Shown: piece by piece, positions 18,283 to 26,488 of the stretch | Numbering within the stretch: the first letter of the stretch is position 1 | Layout of the letters: every line of letters starts with the position of its first letter | Origin: a virus | Taxonomy: Duplodnaviria; Caudoviricetes | Virus record (IMG/VR): IMGVR_UViG_3300047375_000738 | Length of the DNA stretch: 64,000 nt | Strand: one strand, 5' to 3' | Notes under the pieces: model-generated | The model's input: the letters and a program-made list of their open reading frames with translations, nothing else | Database searches by the model: none | Told to the model about the DNA's origin: nothing | Program-made: the position numbers and the translations under genes

Positions 18283-18503
18283 TTTTTCCATTCATCCATT
18301 TCTGTTTTTATTTCATCGCCTTCGCGATCATTTGCAATTGACATTGCCATACTTTGTATATCGTCAAGTAATGCATTTGCAATCGTCTTGTCGTATGTTT
18401 TACCACTTAGTTCGCTATATTGATTGCGTATACGATGTAGTTCGATAGCCTTATCTTTCATAACTTCGAGTCTTTGTATTAGTTCTTCAATAGTGTGTAG
18501 CAT
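18279..18503 (-). CDS. Hypothetical protein
   Basis: 74 aa, coupled on both sides. Confidence 0.75.
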   Translation of the reverse strand: MLHTIEELIQRLEVMKDKAIELHRIRNQYSELSGKTYDKTIANALLDDIQSMAMSIANDREGDEIKTEMDEWKK

Positions 18504-19555
18504 TAAAAGTAATCCTCCAATGTGCCTTTACGCTTTGTATCTAGTGTAGCACAGTGGAAGCCTCCGCTCATACTACGTGCTTGACGCATAGGTAGTCCAA
18601 TAGTATCAATGCCGTGCTTGCCTAATATACGTCTTAGTGCTTCTTGTTTTTCATCTACAACAACCAGTTCTTCGTTAACACTTAGGAAGTTAAGTCCAAT
18701 GTACGGGCTACACGGAGCAACACCTGTGTTTGCTGGCGGTACGTGTAGGTCTTCTTCGCCTACCCAAATCTTGTCCCAGTCTTTGAAAATAGGTGGGTAC
18801 CAATCTTCACTTAGTCTGCCTGCGTTTAACAGCACCAATCCAGGGCGTAGCGGCAGTACTGTGCTATCAAAGTGTGCAAAGCTATAGTACTTCTCAGCAA
18901 CGTGTAGGCGATAGCCTTTGGGCTCTAAGATAGTCTTAAGCCACTGAAAGCCTAGTTGGTTGCCACTGTTGCTTACTTGGCACAACAAGTCACGTCCCAT
19001 ACGAACAATATTTGGTGCATCAAAAATAATCTCTTTGTTTACTAGTGTAGCATCACGTCTGTCTTCTAGTTGATAGTTGTCATCTGTTAAGATAGGCTTT
19101 GGAGCATTGATCCACTGTGTACCTTCTTGCATCCAGCGATACAAATGTTCGTAGTATGCTCTAGTTTCAAAGTATCTTGCTCGCATAGGGCTTGGACATT
19201 CAATAATCATATTATCCAACGGCAGCAGCAAATCTCTTGGACAGAATGTATACCACCCTGTTGTTTCCCACTCTGGAGTGCTAAACTTTTTGTTGTGATC
19301 TACAGGCTCTGGACGCATTGTTTTTACACCTAGTCCTTGTAGACATTTTTCTAGCCCGTCAAGGTCTTCGTTTGCTTCGTCTACAATCCATTGTGCAATA
19401 GGTTGTCCATCAAACTGTTTGATGTCTTCTGCTTCTTCACCACCGTAGATAAAGCTGTGTGTACTCTTATTCATAGTAGGATGTACACAATTATCAGCAG
19501 TGCCGATGATAATTTCTTGCAATGGATCCCAATCGTTGTTACTCTGTACTGGCAA
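18503..19555 (-). CDS. Amidinotransferase (pentein fold; Arg:glycine / inosamine-phosphate amidinotransferase family)
   Basis: NDWDPLQEIIIG, CPRDLL, DAPN, SNSGNQLG, HFDST, C-terminal GGFHCATLD carrying the catalytic Cys. Confidence 0.9.
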   Translation of the reverse strand: MPVQSNNDWDPLQEIIIGTADNCVHPTMNKSTHSFIYGGEEAEDIKQFDGQPIAQWIVDEANEDLDGLEKCLQGLGVKTMRPEPVDHNKKFSTPEWETTGWYTFCPRDLLLPLDNMIIECPSPMRARYFETRAYYEHLYRWMQEGTQWINAPKPILTDDNYQLEDRRDATLVNKEIIFDAPNIVRMGRDLLCQVSNSGNQLGFQWLKTILEPKGYRLHVAEKYYSFAHFDSTVLPLRPGLVLLNAGRLSEDWYPPIFKDWDKIWVGEEDLHVPPANTGVAPCSPYIGLNFLSVNEELVVVDEKQEALRRILGKHGIDTIGLPMRQARSMSGGFHCATLDTKRKGTLEDYF

Positions 19556-20441
19556 AATTTAATCCTTTTATATACTGTTTATGGAAACTTAATCTATTTG
19601 TATTTCCGCCGCGATTATATTGGTTATATATATTTTTATCATCTATACCAAAAATTACTGTCGCACTTGGATTTATTCCTAGCTCATTACAAAATTCTTT
19701 TTGTTTTTGTATATATTTTTGTGGTATGTAGTCGGGTGTAAAGTTTTCAAGATACTTTATGCCTAATGCTGCACCTAGTTTGTTGTTATATGAAATTTTA
19801 TGGTATACAAACATAGTATCGTCGTCATCGACTTTAGTATATCTTATACCAATACGTGCATATGCTACTGGAAAACTTTTACTAAGGCTAAAAGTTACAT
19901 CAGTTATACAATTATATGCAATATCAATTGATACGCCGTAACAAGCACCAAAATATGCACAATCTACCAGTACTGGTATTCCAAGCTCACAGCACTCACG
20001 CATAAGTTCATGATACTTAGAGTGCTTGTCGCCTGTATCTGCAAATGGTAGACTAATTACTACTGCATCTGCTTTGTGCAACGGTTCATCTTCTAAATAT
20101 GCCCAAACATATTTGTCTCTCCAAGCAAGTTTATGATACATATACTCGCCTTTAAAACAGCGGAAGCGTCTTTTAGAATTTTTCATATAAAATTTATCAA
20201 ATGATTCGGTTGTTCCGTTGCTATAGCATTTGTATTTAAAATCTTCTAACCCTGTAATACTATTAACTGTTGATTTTTTAATCCATTTGTCGTAGTCATA
20301 CAAAAATTCGTCAATAATGTTGTCATTATTGAGACATTGTAGATCTAATGTATTACGTAAAAGTTTTGTAGTTTCTGGATCGCTTATTGCAAAAGCACTT
20401 CCAAAATCCATATGTCTTTTATCATTGGGTATATTTGTCAT
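19539..20441 (-). CDS. Fold-type I PLP-dependent enzyme (class I/II aminotransferase- or decarboxylase-like)
   Basis: NGTTESF, GEY, VLVDCAY, FSLSKSF (PLP Lys), ARIG. Confidence 0.75.
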   Translation of the reverse strand: MTNIPNDKRHMDFGSAFAISDPETTKLLRNTLDLQCLNNDNIIDEFLYDYDKWIKKSTVNSITGLEDFKYKCYSNGTTESFDKFYMKNSKRRFRCFKGEYMYHKLAWRDKYVWAYLEDEPLHKADAVVISLPFADTGDKHSKYHELMRECCELGIPVLVDCAYFGACYGVSIDIAYNCITDVTFSLSKSFPVAYARIGIRYTKVDDDDTMFVYHKISYNNKLGAALGIKYLENFTPDYIPQKYIQKQKEFCNELGINPSATVIFGIDDKNIYNQYNRGGNTNRLSFHKQYIKGLNFASTE

Positions 20442-21036
20442 CTTCGTCCAAAAATGTTATTTGCGAAACAATACATTCACTTGGACCAAAGTTTGACATT
20501 CCGTGCCATGTATCGCCTTTCCACGTATATGTATCACCTGCTTGCCAGTGTGTATATACTTCGTCGCCAACTTGTAACACTTGTCCTCTATCCCAATCCG
20601 ACATCATAGTAACAGTGCGACATATATCGTCTGCTTGATCCTCTGTGATATTATTAAATTTTACAAATGTAGCATATGTGTCAAAGTGCCACATTAAACT
20701 GCATCCGGGTGTTAGTTTTAAAAAGTTATAGTTAAATTTCATATGTGCATAAGGTACAATAACACTAGTTAAACCTTTTGTAAGCTCAGGTCTAATACAC
20801 ATATAATGTAAACTACCTTCTTTTGGTACTTTCCATTGTTTGTACATTGCTTCTAATGCTTTTTTATTTTTTGTAGCAAATGTATCCCAACTACTATCTT
20901 CTGGGATTTCATCTGTCATATGTGTAGCTTCCCAATCCAGTGTTAGTAGATCGTTTTTGCTCCATGTAACTTCGTCTACTGAACTTTCTTCAGCACCGTG
21001 TTGTTTCCATTCTTCGTAACTGCGCATGTCCATCAT
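20422..21036 (-). CDS. Cupin / Fe(II)-2OG oxygenase-like protein
   Basis: MWHFDTY (HxD) ... TWHGMSN. Confidence 0.65.
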   Translation of the reverse strand: MMDMRSYEEWKQHGAEESSVDEVTWSKNDLLTLDWEATHMTDEIPEDSSWDTFATKNKKALEAMYKQWKVPKEGSLHYMCIRPELTKGLTSVIVPYAHMKFNYNFLKLTPGCSLMWHFDTYATFVKFNNITEDQADDICRTVTMMSDWDRGQVLQVGDEVYTHWQAGDTYTWKGDTWHGMSNFGPSECIVSQITFLDEDDKYTQ

Positions 21037-21968
21037 GCTTCTCCTTTCAAGTGCGCCTCTATATATTGCCTATTTGGTATTTTATTTGTTTTTAGTATTT
21101 TTATAAGTTGATTTTTATCAGACTGCTCTAAGTTTATTATATTAAGTTTCTTTGGATATGTCAAGACATTTGTTGTCCATTTTTTATAATTATTAGCAAA
21201 TTCACACATATCAGGTAATCCTTGCCAGTTATTTTTATGTAGCGTTGTATGAATAGTATAATCAAATGTATCAGCAATTTCGTCTAATGTTTTGACTACT
21301 CTACTCCAAACACTACCGCCACGTACTTGTTCGTTTAATGCGCCTACTCCGTCAATACTAACTGTAAAATGTACATGTTTGCATTGACTAAGTAGTCTAT
21401 AATCATCTTCAACAAGTTTGTGCATACCATTAGTAAAGTACTCAACTTCTAAATGTTCTAAGGTGTCAAATGACTCTAGGAAGCGCCTATGTCTATTAGT
21501 CATTAATGGTTCGCCACCTAAGAAAACAACCTTACTAATGCTTTCTGGTATATTTCTAAATTCTGTAGTACTGGTAATTCCTTTTTTAGGAGGCAAGTCT
21601 GGGTTTTTCTTTACCCACCAACTGCTACTCCACTCTTCCCAACAGCCATCGCATGTAAGATCGCATATGTTATCAAATCCTACTTCAAGATATCTAAGTT
21701 TGATATCCATTGGGTATGTTTTATTAAACCATTCTCGTAAACTTTCCTTGCCGAGACTTTCTTCATGCTTGCACTTTGCACAATTTGGATCATCGATAGT
21801 AAAGTTCTCACGTAGTGCTTTATATTCGTCACTGTATAGTATACTGCCTACATCACCGTCAAATGTTTGTATAGGTGTTTTATAACGGCAGCAAGGGTAG
21901 ACACGATTGCCTCCCCTAATGTTTGTATGACTATATAATGCTGAACAACTAGAATGGAGTTTCATCAT
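21033..21968 (-). CDS. Radical SAM protein with N-terminal SPASM/twitch-like Cys cluster
   Basis: CDLTCDGC, FLGGEPL, YFTNG, VSIDG; PCC...CAKC. Confidence 0.9.
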   Translation of the reverse strand: MMKLHSSCSALYSHTNIRGGNRVYPCCRYKTPIQTFDGDVGSILYSDEYKALRENFTIDDPNCAKCKHEESLGKESLREWFNKTYPMDIKLRYLEVGFDNICDLTCDGCWEEWSSSWWVKKNPDLPPKKGITSTTEFRNIPESISKVVFLGGEPLMTNRHRRFLESFDTLEHLEVEYFTNGMHKLVEDDYRLLSQCKHVHFTVSIDGVGALNEQVRGGSVWSRVVKTLDEIADTFDYTIHTTLHKNNWQGLPDMCEFANNYKKWTTNVLTYPKKLNIINLEQSDKNQLIKILKTNKIPNRQYIEAHLKGEA

Positions 21969-22305
21969 TTTCTTGGTGATTTCCTTTATAGTCTTGCTCT
22001 ACCATTTTGTAAATTGTTTTAAAATTTTCGTATGCTTTTTCTAAAGCTGGGTAATATCCAACCATGTTATGTATTTTATCAATGCTAGGCATTGTATCTA
22101 CAAACTCAGTTTGTTCCCAGGTAATATTGTCAGCCCAATGTGTATCTTCGAGTGTGATAGTACTTGTTGTATCGATTGTAATAGTATCAATGCTGCTAGT
22201 ATCGATACTACTTATAGTAATGTCTGACACATCAAATGTTAAATCCTCGTCAATACTAGTATCAATTGTGATTGTGTCTTCTAAGTTCCAGTTCGTACTG
22301 GTCAT
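21949..22305 (-). CDS. Hypothetical protein with D/T/I-rich low-complexity N-terminus
   Basis: Repeated TITIDTS-like units. Confidence 0.7.
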   Translation of the reverse strand: MTSTNWNLEDTITIDTSIDEDLTFDVSDITISSIDTSSIDTITIDTTSTITLEDTHWADNITWEQTEFVDTMPSIDKIHNMVGYYPALEKAYENFKTIYKMVEQDYKGNHQENDETPF

Positions 22306-23137
22306 TGCACATTTCCTCTATTGTTTTTGTAAGTGTAACATGCTCGCTAAGAGTATCTACAACACTGCTCACAGCATCTCCTTCTCTACGAGGTGCTTCT
22401 ATAATATTTAATTGTTTACCAGTTACTTTTTGCATAGTGTCAATAACTTCTCTAACACTATATCCTACATTACTGCCTAAACATTCATATGGCGTATTTG
22501 CGGGGCCTCGTTCCACGGCTGTGACAATGGCGCCAGCCAAATCAACAACGTGAATATAATCACGAATGCAAGTGCCATCCCTAGTATCATAGTCCGTACC
22601 AAAGATCTTAAGGTCTGGTATCTTTTCACTAGCCACCATAGCAGCGACACGAATAAGATGGGTAGGAGCACCCAATTGACGATGAACACCGTCAGTACCA
22701 GATACGTTAAAAAATCTAAAGATGGTGTATCCATCTGCTTTCTCCTTAATTACATCTTCTGCTGCCACTTTACTGCGAGCATAAGGTGATGCCATTTCCC
22801 ACGCACTACTTGTACTAGCAAAAATTACATGTGGTGTTGTTGTCATTGATAGTAAGTTTGCTGTACCGCCTACATTTACTCTATAATACTCTGCTGGTTC
22901 TTTTAAACTATCAGGCACTACACTGCGTCCTGCAAGGTGTACAATAGCATCGTAGACGCCACCGGCATATTGACCAGTAACGTCTACGTTATAATACTCG
23001 TCACAGAATTCCTTAACATCATTAGTTTCGCCGTGGATTTCTGTATCCCAACCTATAACTTTATGACCTTTTTCTTTAAGTAATTTGCATACATGGCTAC
23101 CAATGTAACCGCTTGCACCTGTAACTAATACTTTCAT
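22262..23137 (-). CDS. galE: UDP-glucose 4-epimerase-like extended SDR
   Basis: VTGASGYIGS, HLAG, YARSK, RFFNVSG, GTCIRDYIHVVDLA. Confidence 0.85.
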   Translation of the reverse strand: MKVLVTGASGYIGSHVCKLLKEKGHKVIGWDTEIHGETNDVKEFCDEYYNVDVTGQYAGGVYDAIVHLAGRSVVPDSLKEPAEYYRVNVGGTANLLSMTTTPHVIFASTSSAWEMASPYARSKVAAEDVIKEKADGYTIFRFFNVSGTDGVHRQLGAPTHLIRVAAMVASEKIPDLKIFGTDYDTRDGTCIRDYIHVVDLAGAIVTAVERGPANTPYECLGSNVGYSVREVIDTMQKVTGKQLNIIEAPRREGDAVSSVVDTLSEHVTLTKTIEEMCNDQYELELRRHNHN

Positions 23138-23737
23138 TTATTGCTCTCGCAACTTTCCGGATAATGCTTTTAATAGCAATCCATATGCTGGTAAGAAGAT
23201 AATCAAACCTACTGCAATCTTTAGTACAGTTTGTGATCCTGCAATCTCCATCCAGTTTGCTGCCATATACTCGTCTGCTGAGTTGTTAAACGCAACAAAG
23301 AAGAATGTGTAACTATCAATTACGTTTGCAACTACAGTTGACAACGCTGGTGCTAACCACCATGCACGATACTTTTCACGCAAGTATTGGAATACATATA
23401 CGTCTAGCATTGTACCAACTGCATATGCTGTAGCACTTGCAAAGCCAATACGTAGTGCAACACTCTGCGGTGCACCTTCTAGCAATACTACTGCAATACT
23501 ACCAATGATAGCAAGCGGATAGGCTGCTGCGATAGTTGCTCGTGCAATATTCTTACCTAGCATACGCACAGTAAGATCGGTTGCAAGAACAACAATCGGG
23601 AATGTAAATGCAGCCCAGGTTAGTTTTACTCCAAAAAATTCAACTGGAATACTAACTAAAGCATTACTTACTACAACGACGATAACATGCAACAGCGCAA
23701 GTTTAATCATCATACTTTTATCAATATCTTTAAACAA
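23138..23737 (-). CDS. yhhQ: preQ0/preQ1 (queuosine precursor) transporter, VUT/YhhQ family
   Basis: Multi-TM; SNALV, TWAAFTFP, ATDLTVR, LDVYVF, WWLAPALST, WMEIA, FLPAYG match YhhQ as recalled. Confidence 0.9.
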   Translation of the reverse strand: MFKDIDKSMMIKLALLHVIVVVVSNALVSIPVEFFGVKLTWAAFTFPIVVLATDLTVRMLGKNIARATIAAAYPLAIIGSIAVVLLEGAPQSVALRIGFASATAYAVGTMLDVYVFQYLREKYRAWWLAPALSTVVANVIDSYTFFFVAFNNSADEYMAANWMEIAGSQTVLKIAVGLIIFLPAYGLLLKALSGKLREQ

Positions 23738-23754
23738 TTATTTCTCCTTCTTGT

Positions 23755-24921
23755 CTAATACTTGTTAACCGCTACATGATCTCTATAACGATTATCATCT
23801 CGCTTCCATTGTTCTCCGTTACCTTGCATAATATCAATGTAACGATCAATAGTAGCACTTGTCCAGTCACTAATTTTTCCCATATCTTTGTGTGGGCCTT
23901 CTAGTAACTTGTCAAGTTTGTTTCCTGCATCTTCAACACTCCAAGGTATATACATACGCTCATGACAGTTGGAAAAGATTTCAGGGAAACTTCTATAAGC
24001 AGGAAATAATACATTACAACCTAATGCATCAGCTTCGCTTACAGTATTACTTGTCCAGTCTTGTAAAGCACAGTTAAACAATACTTTACTATCGTTGACA
24101 ATATGGTAATATTCTTCTTTTTTAAGATTTTCATAAATCCTTAGTACACCTTTGCTTACTAAGTCGTTTGCACGTTCAATATACTTAGGATTATTACTAC
24201 GTAAAGGACCGCCTTGTAGTACAGCAAACTCAACATTTGTGTCTGCATACTTCTCAGCAAGATCCATATAAAAATCAGGTTGTTTTTCTTGATCCCAACG
24301 TGCTGCAAACACAACACGGTTGCTACGTGACTCCCAAAACGTTGGTGCTTCGCCGGATCGTTGTACAACTTCTCTTTTGTCAAAGGCTAATCCACTAATA
24401 TTGTAGAGCGGCGCCTTCCAATTAGCTACTTTCATATTAGCAATCATTTCTTCATTACTTGCTAATACTCCTGTAACAAATTCGTTGCACATTTCTTCGT
24501 ACAAACTCATCCATTTACCCATACCCCATACATGAACAAAGTCATCTGGGTCTACAGCTTGTGCAAGGCATCTAATAAACACCTTTGGCTGTTGGGTTGC
24601 TGGAATTTGATCCATAATGTACGGCAATGACTCCATACCAGGCTGAAACATATCTTCAAAGAAAATAACGTCTTCAGCTGTTACTTCGCCGTTGCGCATC
24701 ATTTGCACCAAGTTCATCATCTGCGACATAGCAAAGTAACTACGTCCGTGTGCATCAAGAACTTGTCCAACACTAATAGATTTAGTGTCATCAATTGTTG
24801 TACCAGGTACAACTACATAGTCAATACCACGTCTTTTGAAAGCACGTTCACTCCAGTCTTGCAACTGGAGTGTATAACGTCCTTCATATGGCTCTAAGCC
24901 CATATAAAATAGTTTACGCAT
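23755..24921 (-). CDS. GT-B fold glycosyltransferase (family 1/4-like)
   Basis: FAARWDQEKQPDF, ALQDWTSNTVSEA, LFPAYRSFPE donor-binding region. Confidence 0.8.
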   Translation of the reverse strand: MRKLFYMGLEPYEGRYTLQLQDWSERAFKRRGIDYVVVPGTTIDDTKSISVGQVLDAHGRSYFAMSQMMNLVQMMRNGEVTAEDVIFFEDMFQPGMESLPYIMDQIPATQQPKVFIRCLAQAVDPDDFVHVWGMGKWMSLYEEMCNEFVTGVLASNEEMIANMKVANWKAPLYNISGLAFDKREVVQRSGEAPTFWESRSNRVVFAARWDQEKQPDFYMDLAEKYADTNVEFAVLQGGPLRSNNPKYIERANDLVSKGVLRIYENLKKEEYYHIVNDSKVLFNCALQDWTSNTVSEADALGCNVLFPAYRSFPEIFSNCHERMYIPWSVEDAGNKLDKLLEGPHKDMGKISDWTSATIDRYIDIMQGNGEQWKRDDNRYRDHVAVNKY

Positions 24922-25121
24922 TAGCGTCTCCGAGGTTTACCACCACGTGCTTTTGCACGTAAGTAATTTTGATACTTCTGATACGCCTGCCATACAGGGT
25001 CAGATTTTTTATAAAGTGACTTTTCATCATACACTTTACCTTCAAAGCGACAGTAGTCGCGGAATTCGTCCAGATCGTTGAATACTTTCTGATACGCATC
25101 ACGATTAAATGTGATATTCAT
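24921..25121 (-). CDS. Hypothetical protein
   Basis: 66 aa, TAATG coupling to the GT. Confidence 0.75.
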   Translation of the reverse strand: MNITFNRDAYQKVFNDLDEFRDYCRFEGKVYDEKSLYKKSDPVWQAYQKYQNYLRAKARGGKPRRR

Positions 25122-25134
25122 TTACCTTATTCCT

Positions 25135-25560
25135 TTATGCTGGGTAAACAATTTGACAGCCGTTTTCGCCATCTTCGGCAACATCAATAACAACAAACCG
25201 GCTGGGGTATTTGTTGTTGATGTGTAGATACAAATCATCCGCAATCATTTCGCATGACTTGTAATCTAGTTCGAGAATATCTTCTTTATAAAGATTCTCT
25301 AACCAACGTTTGAATTGAATAAATTCAATGTCTCTATCGTTGTGTGTTACTTGAATTTGTACTTTAAAGTGAAACGTATGTCGATGTGGGTATCCTAAGA
25401 AACTTACATCGTATTCGTCACCTGTTGCCAGCGCAGGATCGTCGAGTGCTGCTGGATATTTGTGAATACCTTCTTTAGTAAAGGTTACCCAAATACTACG
25501 TTTTGCGTTTTCTAGTGCGTTTGCCATTTTAGCGTCCTCTTCTCTCATGCGCCGTTGCAT
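25135..25560 (-). CDS. queD: QueD-like 6-carboxytetrahydropterin synthase (T-fold)
   Basis: HRHTFHF Zn ligands, IEF, SCEMIA, V.V.EDGENG; start set at the leaderless ATG 25560. Confidence 0.75.
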   Translation of the reverse strand: MQRRMREEDAKMANALENAKRSIWVTFTKEGIHKYPAALDDPALATGDEYDVSFLGYPHRHTFHFKVQIQVTHNDRDIEFIQFKRWLENLYKEDILELDYKSCEMIADDLYLHINNKYPSRFVVIDVAEDGENGCQIVYPA

Positions 25561-25566
25561 ATATGT

Positions 25567-25595
25567 ATAATAACGTTCTTGTTGCATATTGTCAA
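25567..25595 (-). promoter_or_regulatory. sigma70-type promoter TTGACA-N17-TATTAT, leaderless
   Basis: In-frame ATG at 25560 lies 6 nt after the -10 box. Confidence 0.8.
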
Positions 25596-26119
25596 GTGAT
25601 AATTGTGTCTGTAGTGTATTTAGACCAGTCTGTAAAAACAGCCTTCTCTTTTAAATCATGTAGTCTATGAACCCATACACCAGGGTTACTTGCATCAAAG
25701 TCTTTATCGTCAATTTTTAAACAAGCATTATATCCAAGTTGATCGATATACGGAAGTTTTACGCTAATCATTGGAATAAAGCGGTTGTGTTCTGTGAATC
25801 CACTTTCTAGCAACCCTTCAATTTGGCTTGCATCAGCATCTAGTGTGACCCAATAGCCTTCTTTCAATAATGGAAATATCATAGCTTCCCAAGGTTTCCA
25901 TTCGCTTTCTGTATTGCTAGTGACATTGAAACTCATATTAGCACCACAGTAGATATGTTTACATCCTTGCATTTCAGCCATGGCTATTACTTCGTCTGGA
26001 TCCATGGCACCTACAACGAATAGTGTTTTCTTTCCAAACTGTGGTGTATGTTCAACTTCTGTTCCAACAAAATATTGAACACTTTCGATATCGGTTCCTT
26101 GATCGTAAACTCTTTTCAT
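25592..26119 (-). CDS. Hypothetical protein inside the deazaguanine cluster
   Basis: 175 aa; EVEHTP, HIYCGAN, WVH motifs. Confidence 0.85.
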   Translation of the reverse strand: MKRVYDQGTDIESVQYFVGTEVEHTPQFGKKTLFVVGAMDPDEVIAMAEMQGCKHIYCGANMSFNVTSNTESEWKPWEAMIFPLLKEGYWVTLDADASQIEGLLESGFTEHNRFIPMISVKLPYIDQLGYNACLKIDDKDFDASNPGVWVHRLHDLKEKAVFTDWSKYTTDTIIT

Positions 26120-26289
26120 GATTTCCTCGTTTTATATTGTTCTTGCCAAAGATCCCAACGTTTTTTATAGTATTCGTTGATTTCTTTTTTAGGGTAGTTT
26201 TTTTCTTCCATGTTAGCAATGATAGTTTCGATATCTTCTAGTGCCATTTCAATTGTTTCTAAACGAACTTTTTTCTCATTTGGATCCAT
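26116..26289 (-). CDS. Small hypothetical protein (57 aa, not in ORF track)
   Basis: MDPNEKKVRL...KTRKS; ATGA overlap with the next gene; fills the gap. Confidence 0.7.
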   Translation of the reverse strand: MDPNEKKVRLETIEMALEDIETIIANMEEKNYPKKEINEYYKKRWDLWQEQYKTRKS

Positions 26290-26488
26290 TTACTCCATTC
26301 TCCATTGCATTTATTTTATTCTGTATTCGATATAGTTCGTCCTTGTAGAACAACTTTTGTGTTTTTAAAGTTCTTACTTCTTGATCTACATAAAGTCTTT
26401 TTTCTAGTTCTATAATTTTTTCGTCTAATGCTCTATGTTTTTTTGTAAGCTCTGCTAGATATGCAGTTAATCCTTCGAGACTTGTCAT
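26276..26488 (-). CDS. YdcH/DUF465-like coiled-coil protein
   Basis: L..KHRALDEKI...LKTQKLFYKDEL pattern. Confidence 0.6.
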   Translation of the reverse strand: MTSLEGLTAYLAELTKKHRALDEKIIELEKRLYVDQEVRTLKTQKLFYKDELYRIQNKINAMENGVNGSK

